DNA of 63,416 nt, filler included, from Octopus bimaculoides (taxonomy: Eukaryota): the NCBI RefSeq assembly GCF_001194135.2. It is 6 parts of 6 records of this genome, joined end to end, with 100 filler letters (N's around TTAATTAATTAA, not from the genome) between each part and the next. Parts side by side here need not be neighbours in the genome. Positions count along the whole stretch, not along the records: positions 6,793 to 28,032 come from NC_068982.1; 5 more parts are not named here. The stretch is one strand, 5' to 3'. This document shows positions 10,685 to 22,211 of this stretch, piece by piece. Every line of letters begins with the position of its first letter. Within the stretch, counting starts at the first letter, position 1. A program made the position numbers and the translations under genes. The notes beneath the pieces are model-generated. The model worked only from the letters and a program-made list of their open reading frames with translations. It ran no database searches and was not told where the DNA came from.

Positions 10685-10725
10685 GACACCTGAAGAAAGC
10701 TGGAGCTCACAGCCGAAACGTAGTG
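10685..10725 (+). ncRNA. Minimal hammerhead, diverged copy of the 7.2/7.5-kb family (GUA triplet)
   Basis: GACAC-CTGAAGA-A-AGCTG-gagctca-CAGCC-GAAAC-GTA-GTG; the downstream tail to about 10815 resembles 7580-7665. Confidence 0.6.
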
Positions 10726-11101
10726 AAATCAACAATGAAGATAAGGACACCAGTTTGACTAATGTAAATAGCGTACATAATAGAAATTCATCATCTCAGA
10801 AACATATAATTGTATTACAATTACGTGAAAATATTGGGTTAAAAAATGTTGAATAGAAAAAATCCAATTTTGCTCATGGGAGTCGAATCCACGTCTTCTA
10901 TAAATATGTAAGATTGCTACAATTGGTCCAAAGGAAATCATTTTTCTATGCATTTTAGAAGCATTGATTTTACCATAAAAAAATTGTTGTTTAGGTCGTA
11001 AAAACTTAGAAACTTCGAGTGAGCATGAAATAAAAAACTAATATAACCTTTCAAAGATTCTAATTTTATATGACGTAAATAAATATTAAAGTTGTACTCA
11101 C

Positions 11102-11173
11102 CCGAAATCCTAGAAACCACATCTTCACATTCGACCATATGATATATTTCAATTCTATCACCAGTGATCAAAT
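11102..11173 (-). pseudogene. Putative internal exon (72 bp, phase 1-1) of the same decayed gene
   Basis: G|GTGAGT donor at 11102/11101. Reads LITGDRIEIYHMVECEDVVSRIS and splices in frame to the 10136 acceptor. The acceptor is a non-ideal GAG. Confidence 0.35.
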
Positions 11174-11899
11174 CTCAGGAAAATATCAAAAGAATCACAA
11201 ATTATTGACAGTCGAAGATAATCGCCAAATCTTAAAAGACAAAGGGGCAATTCGCATCAGATAAGAAATAATGCGGGCAAACGAACTGTAGAAACCATTA
11301 TTGGGAAACGTATGAAATAATTGAATAGTAAACAACCAAAAGATTCAAAAATGGGAAATAATTCAAGGTTAATACAAACGCAAATTGTAAAGCTAAAACT
11401 ATTTTACTTACTGCATCACTTTCGCACAATGCAATAACAATTAAATCTTAATTCTCCATGTGAGAGTGTATAAACAACAAATTAAGGATTCATCTCTTAG
11501 GAATGTTCCACGTAGTAAACATGTAGACATTTGTTCAAATGATAAATTCAAAATAAAGGGAAAAAATCAAATACAAAGGCAAAGGGAAAATATTCCATAA
11601 AATGTCCGAAATGAAACCAGAAATTGTTAACACCAACTTGATCTATATACTTGATTTATGTACTGCACCTAATGGTAGTGTTGAGAAATGAATGATTAAG
11701 AAATATACGTTAGTGATAATCAGTGAACTAATATGACTTGTCCGCGTTTTTAAATATAAGTTTATTTGTGGCGCATTATGATATAGAACTTCCCCTGTTG
11801 TGTTGGTAGCCCTGACAAAGTTGTAATACCATGCGTATAACCTCTCCGTTTTTATAATGTTATGTGCTTTGTATACCTATTATCAATGCTTTGGAGCAA

Positions 11900-12845
11900 A
11901 ATTTAGAGAAGCGAGACACAGAAATTCAGCAGAAATTTAACCTAAAAGATTGTCAAGTATTAGTGTTGCACTAGGATGGAAAGTTGTTCCCAATTCTCAC
12001 AGGAGTTGAAAAGGTTGATAGACTGGCAATAATAGTAACTTTTCAAGGCAATGAACAATTGTTGGGAGTCCTTGAAATTCCAACATCTGCAGGAGAACAG
12101 AAACCCATGGCTGTTTACCAAGCAGTGGAGAAGTAGCGTATAACTGACACAATTCAGGCACTTTTCTGTGATACGAAAGCAAGCAGCACAGGTCGAGTGA
12201 ATGATGCCAGTACAAATCTAGAAAAGTTGTTCAATCGCTACCTGTTCTACTTCCCTTGCTGTCATCACATTTTTGAATTAGTTTTTAGGAGCTGTTTTGA
12301 CTCACTGATGGGTCCAACTTCTGATCTAGACATGACGTTTTTTCAAAAGATTTAGAGAAACCTAAACGAAAGTCAACAAGAAGGTTTACATAACTAGTAG
12401 CAATGACGGGCCTGATGATGTCCCCTATATCATTCTTAGATTTCTTGAATACCACCTTTCTACGCAGAAACAACAGCAAAAAGATTACCGAGAATTGTTG
12501 GAGTTAATGATGATCTTTCTTGGTGGCATTTCAAAGAACGGGATATCGTTTCGTACACCATGAACTGTAAATCATGCTAGGTGGACGTCAAAAGCAATTT
12601 ATGCATCCAAGATATACCTGCTTCAAGATCAATTTCAGTTGTCTCCTGGGGAGAAGAACTCTTTAAGAAGAATATGTTTTTTTTTTTTTTGGTCATCACA
12701 ACTAATTAAAGCACCTTATCATGATTTCCTTTTCATGCTTCAACTGATAAATTATCAGGATATTGATCCAGAAATCAGTAAGTCTGCTGCGAAAAAATTT
12801 TCCCTCCATCTCTGATATTTAACTCCCGAAACTGTGGTTCTATCG
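11900..12845 (+). mobile_element. DNA transposase relic, hAT superfamily-like (hATm-type by recalled motifs)
   Basis: LH*DGKLFP..TGVEKVDRLAI..EQLLGV, FCDT.ASSTG, CCHHIFELV, KDYRELLEL..IFLGG, HARWTSKAIY, HL*YLTPETV; several stops. Confidence 0.75.
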
Positions 12846-12850
12846 TCTAC

Positions 12851-13050
12851 TTAATTGCTATGCGCAAAATAGTTGATATTGCTTTCAAGGATGCGTTGCA
12901 GTTACTCTCTTATTAGAGCTTGCTGATCCTGACTGTTGATCTTCTAGGATTCCGCTACTCAGCGTCAATGTAAGAAGCACCGTTGGCTCAGTTGAATTCT
13001 TCCGCTACCTCTTCACAATCCTCAATGCTAAAATCCCATGACGTCGCCAT
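12851..13050 (-). pseudogene. Possible first coding exon of the decayed minus-strand gene
   Basis: ATGGCG start gives MATSWDFSIEDCEEVAEEFN*; a shifted frame gives INSQDQQALIRE*LQRILESNINYFAHS. Link to the downstream exons is inferred only. Confidence 0.2.
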
Positions 13051-13765
13051 ATGCCTGACTGAACGGGTGCTTTGTTTTGCCAAAGGGCAATCCGTTACTA
13101 TGCAAGGCACGGCCGTCACACCGTGAGGTATTTTCAAATACCCATATGCACAAGATTATTTATTCAAATGCAAAAACATGTAGTGAGCCAAAATGCAGTG
13201 GCATTATAAGTATTACTCATAAGTAAGCAATGAAACAACAAAGATGGCTGTGCATAAAGAAGCTTTAATATTGAATAAATATTTTTCTTTATTTCTACGA
13301 TCATCTTTCATGGAATAAGAAATCCGTTGTTCATAGATATACTTATCAAACTATTTCTCTTAACATTTTATATATCACGCGTTATTTGGTAAAGCCCGAA
13401 GAGCGATAATGTGAAACCCAAGGTTGCTCACACGATGAATTAGCTCAGATTAATTTACAAATACATTATTTTAAATTTTCAAATTTAAAATGTGTGTTTA
13501 CGTGTGGGTAAGTGTGTGTATGTGTGTGTATATGTATGTCTGTGTGCGCGCGTAAAGGATGACCCAAAAGTCAAAAGACTATTTCAAGTTACATTTTAAG
13601 ATGATCTAGTGACTTTTGGGAGACATATACACATACCTAAATATACACACGTGTCTGTTTGTTTGTGTGTATGTGTGTGCGCGTGTGTATGTATGTGTGT
13701 GCGCGTGTGTATGTATGTGTGTGCGCGTGTGTATATATGTGTGTGTTATAGTAGTAGTTTACAGT

Positions 13766-14010
13766 GTGGAGGTGTGTAGCTTAGTGGTTGGTGTGTTGGA
13801 CTCATGATCGTAAAATTGTGGTTTCTATCCCTGGACCGGATGAGGCGTTGTGTTCTTGATGAAAACACTTCATTTCACGTTGCTCCAGTTCACTCAGCTG
13901 GCAAAAAACGAGTAATTCTGCGACAGACCGGCGTCCCGTCCGGGTGGGGAATTTATATGTCATGGAAACTAGAAAGTCCTCCCCCCCTTTTGAGTGGGTA
14001 TGACTCGAAA
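13766..14010 (+). mobile_element. tRNA-derived SINE, head B plus tail Y
   Basis: tagcttagtgg A box; ttcacgttgctccagttcactcagctgg; tail gaccggcgtcccgtcc...catggaaac. Confidence 0.8.
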
Positions 14011-14770
14011 CAGTGACCTTTATCTATAGTTTACAGTACCTTGTTACTGAGACTTTCATGGCGATGTTGACGAAAATTGTCAGAGAGAGATGGAAGTTTT
14101 ATCAGCGTTTGTCACTTGGCGTTTTTGTTTTATTTATTGGCTTGTTTTACCAGTTGTTTGTGTGTGGAATGAGAATCTACAGGCCTTTCATTGCGTGGCT
14201 ATCTAGTTTTGAATCGGTTCACTTACTCATTTAAAATTCTCAAAATTATGCTTGTATTCGTGGTGGCATTTAGCATTTAGCTTTCTATTTAAAATATTTG
14301 TTGTTTTGTTGAGAATGAAGTGTTTTCTATAATTGCGGAGATTGCAAATAATTTGTTACTGAAGTTCAATGCAAACCAGATAGTATTAAACTTGTCGATG
14401 AAGTTCTCTTTGAAATACCATATATAATTTGATTATGAAGTGTTATTTCTATTGCCTATAAGTGCAAAAGTGGAATGTTGCTTTAAGTACCAATAACTAT
14501 ATTCGTAGAACTTCGTGAAATGTAGGCCTAAGTTTCAAACTTTTAATACAAATATACGTACGTGTAAAGGTAAATTTGCATGGTTTACTCAATATTTTTC
14601 CTAGTTCTATCTTAAGACATCAAGCGCTAACGATGGAATAACATGTCAAATCAGTTACACTTACTCTCTGTATATGTATGCGTGCATTATGTATGTATGT
14701 ATGTATGTATGTATGTATGTATGTATGTATGTATGTATGTATGGATGCATGTATGTATGTATGTATCTAT

Positions 14771-14906
14771 GTCATTATCCAGTTTTATTTCATGATTTCT
14801 TGGCAATAGAGATAGCCGGTTTCTAACCTAGATCCANNNNNNNNNNGGAATTTTAACATCAACAACAGGGCATTTTTGTATGTACGTACGTACGTATGTA
14901 TGTATG

Positions 14907-14940
<34 letters not shown>

Positions 14941-15080
14941 TGTATAGGTGCAGATTTGTATGTTTTGTTTTATGTATATATTCTCATGCATATAGTTGCA
15001 TGCCTAGATATGCTCATATATACTTGAATGATAAACTTCTGTAAACTTTTACAGATTTTTAAAGTTCCAGTGATGTCTTG
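14771..15080 (-). mobile_element. R4/Dong-type element 3' end (ORF C-terminus plus 3'UTR with internal (TACA)n)
   Basis: atcactggaactttaaaaatc...agtttatcattcaagtata matches 38466-38520; flanked on both sides by (ATAC)n. Confidence 0.6.
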
Positions 15081-15100
15081 TATGTATGTATGTATGTATG

Positions 15101-15790
15101 TCTTAAATTTTTCTTTTTAACTTAGAGTAAATTTTGACAGGCCACCGACTTGGTAGCAAGGTCATGAAGAAAAGTACCTTGATTTAGCTGTCGTTCTTTA
15201 AATCTTAATGTCTTTCAGATTTTTTACAGTCTCAGATATCGTTATCACTTGTAGCGTTTGAATTAAGGATTTGCATTCTCTCTCCAAAACTCCAAGTTCA
15301 GCCTTTCTTTGCTCCAGACGAGTTGGTATGTATCCTGTTGCTCCAATAATAATGGGCATGAAGCTGGCAGTGTATCTTGGTTACAGGACTTGCAAACTCC
15401 TTGTCAATAGTCTCTAGATGTCCTCTTTCTTTTCTTTTCTTACCACATTCGTGTCCAGGAAGCAGCTGATTCCCACAACAGAACATACCTTTTCTTTGTG
15501 GTCCCACCCAACGATATCTGGCTGATAGTGCTTTAACTTAGTGGCTGTTTTAATTTTGAAGTTCCACCAGTGTTCTTTTTACCCATCGATCTCAATATGG
15601 TCAACTTCGTCTGTAAGTATTCTCTTCTTTCTGGCTAGTGTATCATTTCTCATTGGAAGATAATATCTGGAAGACAATATCTCATAGCTGGGAATAATAT
15701 GGTTGATGTCTTCAGTCTTGGTCTTGTACAGCCTACATTTGTTTTCATTCAAGGTTTTCTGTTTTTTATGTTCTAGATACTTTGCAGGGA
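15101..15790 (-). mobile_element. R4/Dong-type element: CCHC knuckle relic, restriction-like endonuclease and 3'UTR
   Basis: KCRLYKTKTEDINHII..., KHYQPDIV.WDHKEKVC, PIIIGATG; ends in (ACAT)n. Confidence 0.75.
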
Positions 15791-15839
15791 TATCTTATCC
15801 TTAAATTGCGTGGTGGTAGCCTGTATATATATGCATACA

Positions 15840-16190
15840 CACGTTTGAATGTGGTGTGTGCCAGAGGGTTTGCAAATCCAATGGGGGTCTTAAAAGACAT
15901 GTTAGGATCCACAATGAGCAGAACTTACTTGCAGGTATTGGTAGTGCAAATCAGAGGTGCAATCTGTGTGGGTGTTTTTTCAAAACACTGTCTGGTTTAA
16001 AAAGCCACATCAGACGCCATGAAAGGGNNNNNNNNNNTATTGGTAGTGCAAATCAGAGGTGCAATCTGTGTGGGTGTTTTTTCAAAACACTGTCTGGTTT
16101 AAAAAGCCACATCAGACGCCATGAAAGGGCTAAGGTGTAGGTGCAGGAGGTGGTCAAACTCTGTTTAAGGAGTAGACAACCACCACCATA
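15840..16190 (+). mobile_element. LINE 3' end (probably RTE) with C-terminal C2H2 fingers
   Basis: FECGVCQRVCKSNGGLKRHVRIH..QRCNLCGCFFKTLSGLKSHIRRH; no TGEKP linkers; short 3'UTR ending in (CCA)n(TA)n. Confidence 0.55.
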
Positions 16191-16194
16191 TATA

Positions 16195-16470
16195 TATATC
16201 AGCCAGATATCGTTGTTTTAAGATACATCTTGCGGTTATTCTGGGTTGCATTGTCAATAATGATACTGGGGTCTCATAGAGTTTCGGATGTTTCAAATTC
16301 AGAACTCCTCACCCAGTTTACCAAGCCGGTGTTGATCAAGACTCAGCTTTCAACCACAAAGCAATAGACCACTGGTCTGCTCTCTTTGTCCAAACTCACT
16401 TTGGGACCTTCTCTGCAGCTTCAGTGATGCAATTTATAACCCTCTTTTTGCTGCGTCAGTAACTCCAAGG
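16195..16470 (-). mobile_element. HERO/NeSL-like RLE retrotransposon 3' end
   Basis: LGVT..KR.VINCITEAAEKVPK*VWTKRADQW followed by tgatcaacaccggcttgggtaaactgg, resembling HERO 3' ends as recalled. Confidence 0.45.
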
Positions 16471-16684
16471 CAGGCAGATAGACAGACACACAGGCAGACA
16501 AACAGACAGGCTGACAGACAAAAAAGGAGTAAATGTAATTGGTATTTCTAAGCATGTGAATTTCCGAACTAACTAGATTTATGATTTTCAAATTTTATAG
16601 AAAATGGAAAAGTTGCAAGCTTCATAACTGCAAATATTATTTTTTCCACACATGTAAGAAATTTTCAAATAAGACAAATATACT

Positions 16685-16975
16685 GGCTTCAAATTTTGGC
16701 TCATTGCCAGCAATTTTGGGAAGAAGATAAGTCGATTACATCGACCCCCAGTACTTAACCGTGAATGAAGACAGTTGTGTATATTCCTGTTTCGTAAAAT
16801 CTGTATAACCAATGTATACAAGGATACAAAAAAGTGATACTTAATCTATCGACCTTGAAAGGATGATAGGCAAAGCCGAGCTCGAAAGAATTTGAACTAA
16901 GAATGTAAAGGCAGACGAAATGCCACTAAGCATTTTACCCGGCGTCCTAACGATTCTGCCAGTTCACCAGCTTCG
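16685..16975 (-). mobile_element. SINE family C with about 70-bp internal insertion
   Basis: Family C head and tail are separated by unrelated sequence at about 16765-16835. Confidence 0.75.
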
Positions 16976-17749
16976 ATAAGATTAATATATTGGTTTCAAA
17001 TTTTGACACAAGGTCAGCAATTCCAGGGGNNNNNNNNNNNNNNNNNNNNNNNNNNNNNNNNNNNNNNNNNNNNNNNNNNNNNNNNNNNNNNNNNNNNNNN
17101 NNNNNNNNNNNNNNNNNNNNNNNNNNNNNNNNNNNNNNNNNNNNNNNNNNNNNNNNNNNNNNNNNNNNNNNNNNNNNNNNNNNNNNNNNNNNNNNNNNNN
17201 NNNNNNNNNNNNNNNNNNNNNNNNNNNNNNNNNNNNNNNNNNNNNNNNNNNNNNNNNNNNNNNNNNNNNNNNNNNNNNNNNNNNNNNNNNNNNNNNNNNN
17301 NNNNNNNNNNNNNNNNNNNNNNNNNNNNNNNNNNNNNNNNNNNNNNNNNNNNNNNNNNNNNNNNNNNNNNNNNNNNNNNNNNNNNNNNNNNNNNNNNNNN
17401 NNNNNNNNNNNNNNNNNNNNNNNNNNNNNNNNNNNNNNNNNNNNNNNNNNNNNNNNNNNNNNNNNNNNNNNNNNNNNNNNNNNNNNNNNNNNNNNNNNNN
17501 NNNNNNNNNNNNNNNNNNNNNNNNNNNNNNNNNNNNNNNNNNNNNNNNNNNNNNNNNNNNNNNNNNNNNNNNNNNNNNNNNNNNNNNNNNNNNNNNNNNN
17601 NNNNNNNNNNNNNNNNNNNNNNNNNNNNNNNNNNNNNNNNNNNNNNNNNNNNNNNNNNNNNNNNNNNNNNNNNNNNNNNNNNNNNNNNNNNNNNNNNNNN
17701 NNNNNNNNNNNNNNNNNNNNNNNNNNNNNNNNNNNNNNNNTAAGATTAA

Positions 17750-17955
17750 TATATTGGTTTCAAATTTTGACACAAGGTCAGCAATTCCAGGGGAGGGGGA
17801 GTCGATTACATCGACTCCAGTACTCAACTGGTACTTATTTTACCAACCTCGAAAGAGTGAAAGACAAAGTTAACTTCGGTGGCATTTGAACTCAGAATGT
17901 AAAGATGGATTAATTGCCATTAAGCATTCTACCCGTCGTGCTAACGATTCTTCAA
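17750..17955 (-). mobile_element. SINE family C
   Basis: gtcgattacatcgactccagtactcaactggtacttatttt...ggcatttgaactcagaatg...gctaacgattc. Confidence 0.8.
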
Positions 17956-17999
17956 GATTAACATATTAACAACAAAAATAATTGCAATGGAAGACAAAT

Positions 18000-18310
18000 C
18001 TAGATCAGAAAACAGTAAATAATATTGCTATACTATATAGAATTCCCCACAAAAATACACGCTTGATGATTGCCGCAAAATTCACTAACTAACAGAATGT
18101 TAAATTACGCACAGAGACAACATACATAAATCACAAGCAAAAATAAAAATCAGACTGATAATTTAGACATCTAACGGTTAGCAAATTTCAAATTTTGGTG
18201 TAATATCTGTACCAATTACATTGGTTCTGCCTACTATAAAGACGCAACAACACCATCTTCATTTCACCCTGAAGATGGGACTGTGAAGGTCCGTAAATGT
18301 TGAGGATAGA
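18000..18310 (+). mobile_element. Possible Penelope-like 3' end with degenerate hammerhead
   Basis: Weak GIY-YIG-tail-like frame NNIAILYRIPHKNTRLMI; CTGAAGA-tg-GGAC..GTCC-GtAAAt-GTT at 18269-18301. Confidence 0.25.
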
Positions 18311-18675
18311 TTCACGAACTGCAATCCTCTAAATAAACAAAGGCTTGGAAACAGTCTCTTTCTGTACGTGCAGCTAGTCGGAAACTCCATATACCTGACG
18401 CCAGCAAGTTTCAGGGTCCATCATTAGAGAATAAATGCAGTTTCGAGGTTTTGTTTTTGACGGCTTAACAGCACAAGAGCCCCTTTCACTGATGTGAAAC
18501 CCTATCTAAAAGTTCAACTGATTAGTGTTCGACTTCAGGTCTATTTCAGAATCATCACCTCTCCAGCCACGTTTCATTCTTCCTTTTCTGCTATATCCGA
18601 TAGGTGGCTCCCTCAACTAAAATACTAGAGCATTATATTACATTTTTCAATAGCGGTCTAAAAGAAAACACTTTC

Positions 18676-18709
<34 letters not shown>

Positions 18710-19451
18710 NNNNNNNNNNNNNNNNNNNNNNNNNNNNNNNNNNNNNNNNNNNNNNNNNNNNNNNNNNNNNNNNNNNNNNNNNNNNNNNNNNNNNNNNNNN
18801 NNNNNNNNNNNNNNNNNNNNNNNNNNNNNNNNNNNNNNNNNNNNNNNNNNNNNNNNNNNNNNNNNNNNNNNNNNNNNNNNNNNNNNNNNNNNNNNNNNNN
18901 NNNNNNNNNNNNNNNNNNNNNNNNNNNNNNNNNNNNNNNNNNNNNNNNNNNNNNNNNNNNNNNNNNNNNNNNNNNNNNNNNNNNNNNNNNNNNNNNNNNN
19001 NNNNNNNNNNNNNNNNNNNNNNNNNNNNNNNNNNNNNNNNNNNNNNNNNNNNNNNNNNNNNNNNNNNNNNNNNNNNNNNNNNNNNNNNNNNNNNNNNNNN
19101 NNNNNNNNNNNNNNNNNNNNNNNNNNNNNNNNNNNNNNNNNNNNNNNNNNNNNNNNNNNNNNNNNNNNNNNNNNNNNNNNNNNNNNNNNNNNNNNNNNNN
19201 NNNNNNNNNNNNNTTGTGTGCGTGTTTGTATTTGAGTGCACACGTGCGTGTATGTGTTCTAAATGTACATACATGCATACACATATATATGTATGCATAC
19301 ACATATATATGTATGTGTACATGTATGTATAGAGAACACATATACTATATATTCACACTCACACACAGACTAATATATAACAATACGTATATGTTTATAC
19401 ATTTCCCTTTTTCTTCCTCTCATTTTCTTTCTCTCTCTCTCAACATATATT

Positions 19452-19497
<46 letters not shown>

Positions 19498-20049
19498 ATC
19501 TATCTATCTATCTATCTATCATCTATCTATCTATCTATTTATCTATCTATCTATTTATCTATCTATCTATCTCAGTATACACACATACACACATATATAT
19601 ATATATAAATAAAAATGTGTATGTGCGTATATGTATTTATATGCATGTATATTTACTTATATATATATATATGTGTGTACACATATCCACGTATAGAAGT
19701 ATATCCTATATATGTTTCTCTGACTGTGTATATATGCGTATACTTGCACTTTCTGCATATATAATTTATGCGACACGATGATGTGCTGTTATGGTGCTGA
19801 AGAGAGATGAGATAACGTATCACATTGGAACATCTAAAACGATCGACACGATAAAATTAGCTCCGTCTACCAATTTTGAAGCCAGCTTCCGTTTTCCGAC
19901 ATTTTTTCTTTCCTTGTTTTTAAGATTTTCTTTTATATTTACTATTTTAATTTATTTCTATTTGTATTTTTTTTAATTCGCAAGCTAAATTCGTTATCGC
20001 TTTTTTTCTTCTTCAAATTAATTCTCTAACTACCGTCTATATTTCCCGC

Positions 20050-21480
20050 CTAATTCTCACACCACTTCGCCATTTTGTCTCCTATTCCACATCTTCTCTT
20101 TTTTTTCTCTCTCACTTCTTTGTTGTTTCCTTCATTTATTATTATTATTTCACTCTTTCTGCTCATCTCTTTCATCTCTCTCCTTCGTTGTTTCTCATTT
20201 ATTTCAATCGTTCATTCTTTCTCATAGAATTTATTCACTCACGTATAAACTTCTTCCTCAATCATTCATTTTCATAAATCCCTTACTTTCCTTCCTCACC
20301 TCTTCTTTCTTTCTTTGTTTCTTACTTTCTTTTCTTCCCCTTTTTCTTCTTCATTTTCCATCTTTGACTCCTTCCTTTCACTCTGTTGTTCCTTCCTTTT
20401 CAACTCTTTCATTATATCAGTCTGTCTTTCCTCCTGTCTTGATTTCCTTTTTTCAATCTGACATGAATTCTTTCTTCTCTTGCTCTTATATTTTCTCTTT
20501 CATAATTTCATTCATTCTGTTTCTCTTCTTCCATTCTCTTTCTCTTTTTAAGTCTGTATCCTGTCTGTCTTTCTTTCCCCACTGTTACTCTCATTTTTTT
20601 CATTCTTTCATTCCTTGATAGCTAATATAGCCACATATTAATTTCCCCTTTTCATTCCTCTTCATTCAGGATTTACTTTCTTCAGCTGTTTGTTTCTCTT
20701 TTCATTCAATTTCATTCGTACTTATGTTTATTCTCTTTAAAATACTCTCTCTTTCATTCTTTCCATACTCTTTCTTTCTGTTCTTCTGCTTCAGTTATTA
20801 TTTTCGGTTTTGTTTCCTTTCATTATTTCTGAACCACCATTCTTTTTATTCTCCTTCTCTTTCTCTTATTCTTTCCTAATCTCTTTCCTTATTCTGTATA
20901 TTCTTTCTTTTCAATCCAATCTACTCTCTCAGCTTGATTTCCTTCCCCGGTTATCCTTCACCCATTCACTACTTTTATTATTCATTCTCATTTGTTTCAT
21001 TCTCATCCGTTTCATTCGCATTCATTTCAAATGTCTTTCAATATTTCGTTCATTCTTTTTAACATTTTTCTTCAAACAATACATTCATACAAACACGCAC
21101 AAACACACATTCATAAGTGTCCGCATGTGTATGCGCGAGTGTGTGCATGTGTAAGTTTCTTTTTGTCATTCCTTCCTCATTCTGTATTCGCTAAATTTTA
21201 CGTCACTCATTCTTTCCTTCTTATATTCTTCCGACATTTTCTGTATTTTCTTCTCTTTAAAATTTCATTCCAGATCTTTTCATTCAATGATTTTTCTATC
21301 ATTCATTCGTTCCTTTTATTTTTTACTCATAATTTCTGTCTTCTATTATATTTCTGTATAAATTCCTTCATTTACCTACCTATCTGCTTTCCTTCCTTCT
21401 TCTTTCCTTTCTTTCAGCGTTCGTTCATTCATTTATTCTTTTGTCCTTTTATTTTTATACAATATATTTCTGACTGCGTT
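20050..21480 (+). repeat. 1.4-kb non-periodic T/C-rich low-complexity tract
   Basis: Strong pyrimidine strand bias without a fixed unit. Confidence 0.85.
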
Positions 21481-21485
21481 TTCCT

Positions 21486-21523
<38 letters not shown>

Positions 21524-22165
21524 GGTGTGTGTATGCAGATATATATGTATTTACATGCACACACACACACACATATATGTATATATGAATAAATGTAAAT
21601 ATATATATTTATACATAAATATTTTCGCATATACATATTTACGTATGTATGTATATATGTATACACACACNNNNNNNNNNNNNNNNNNNNNNNNNNNNNN
21701 NNNNNNNNNNNNNNNNNNNNNNNNNNNNNNNNNNNNNNNNNNNNNNNNNNNNNNNNNNNNNNNNNNNNNNNNNNNNNNNNNNNNNNNNNNNNNNNNNNNN
21801 NNNNNNNNNNNNNNNNNNNNNNNNNNNNNNNNNNNNNNNNNNNNNNNNNNNNNNNNNNNNNNNNNNNNNNNNNNNNNNNNNNNNNNNNNNNCATAAATAA
21901 TATATATAACATGAGAATGAAAAAACAATAAACAATAAACAAATACAAAAAAACAATAACATAACCTTTTTTATATTTTAGTGTTATTTGTATTGGTTAT
22001 ATTCTTTTGTTTTTTTTTTGTTTATGTTGCTTTATCGCCATTTTTTTTCTTCCCTTTTCGCAACTCGATAGTTTGGAAGCCATTTTTGAGCGAAGTGACG
22101 CAGTACGTGATATATATATGTGGAGGTGTGTACAGCAGTATGTCTGCCTAACATTCTTCGGTGTA

Positions 22166-22211
<46 letters not shown>

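Noticed and set aside
15856-16140. Second host C2H2 gene
   Set aside because: No TGEKP linkers, partly an assembly duplicate, embedded among LINE ends; fits a LINE C-terminal finger pair.
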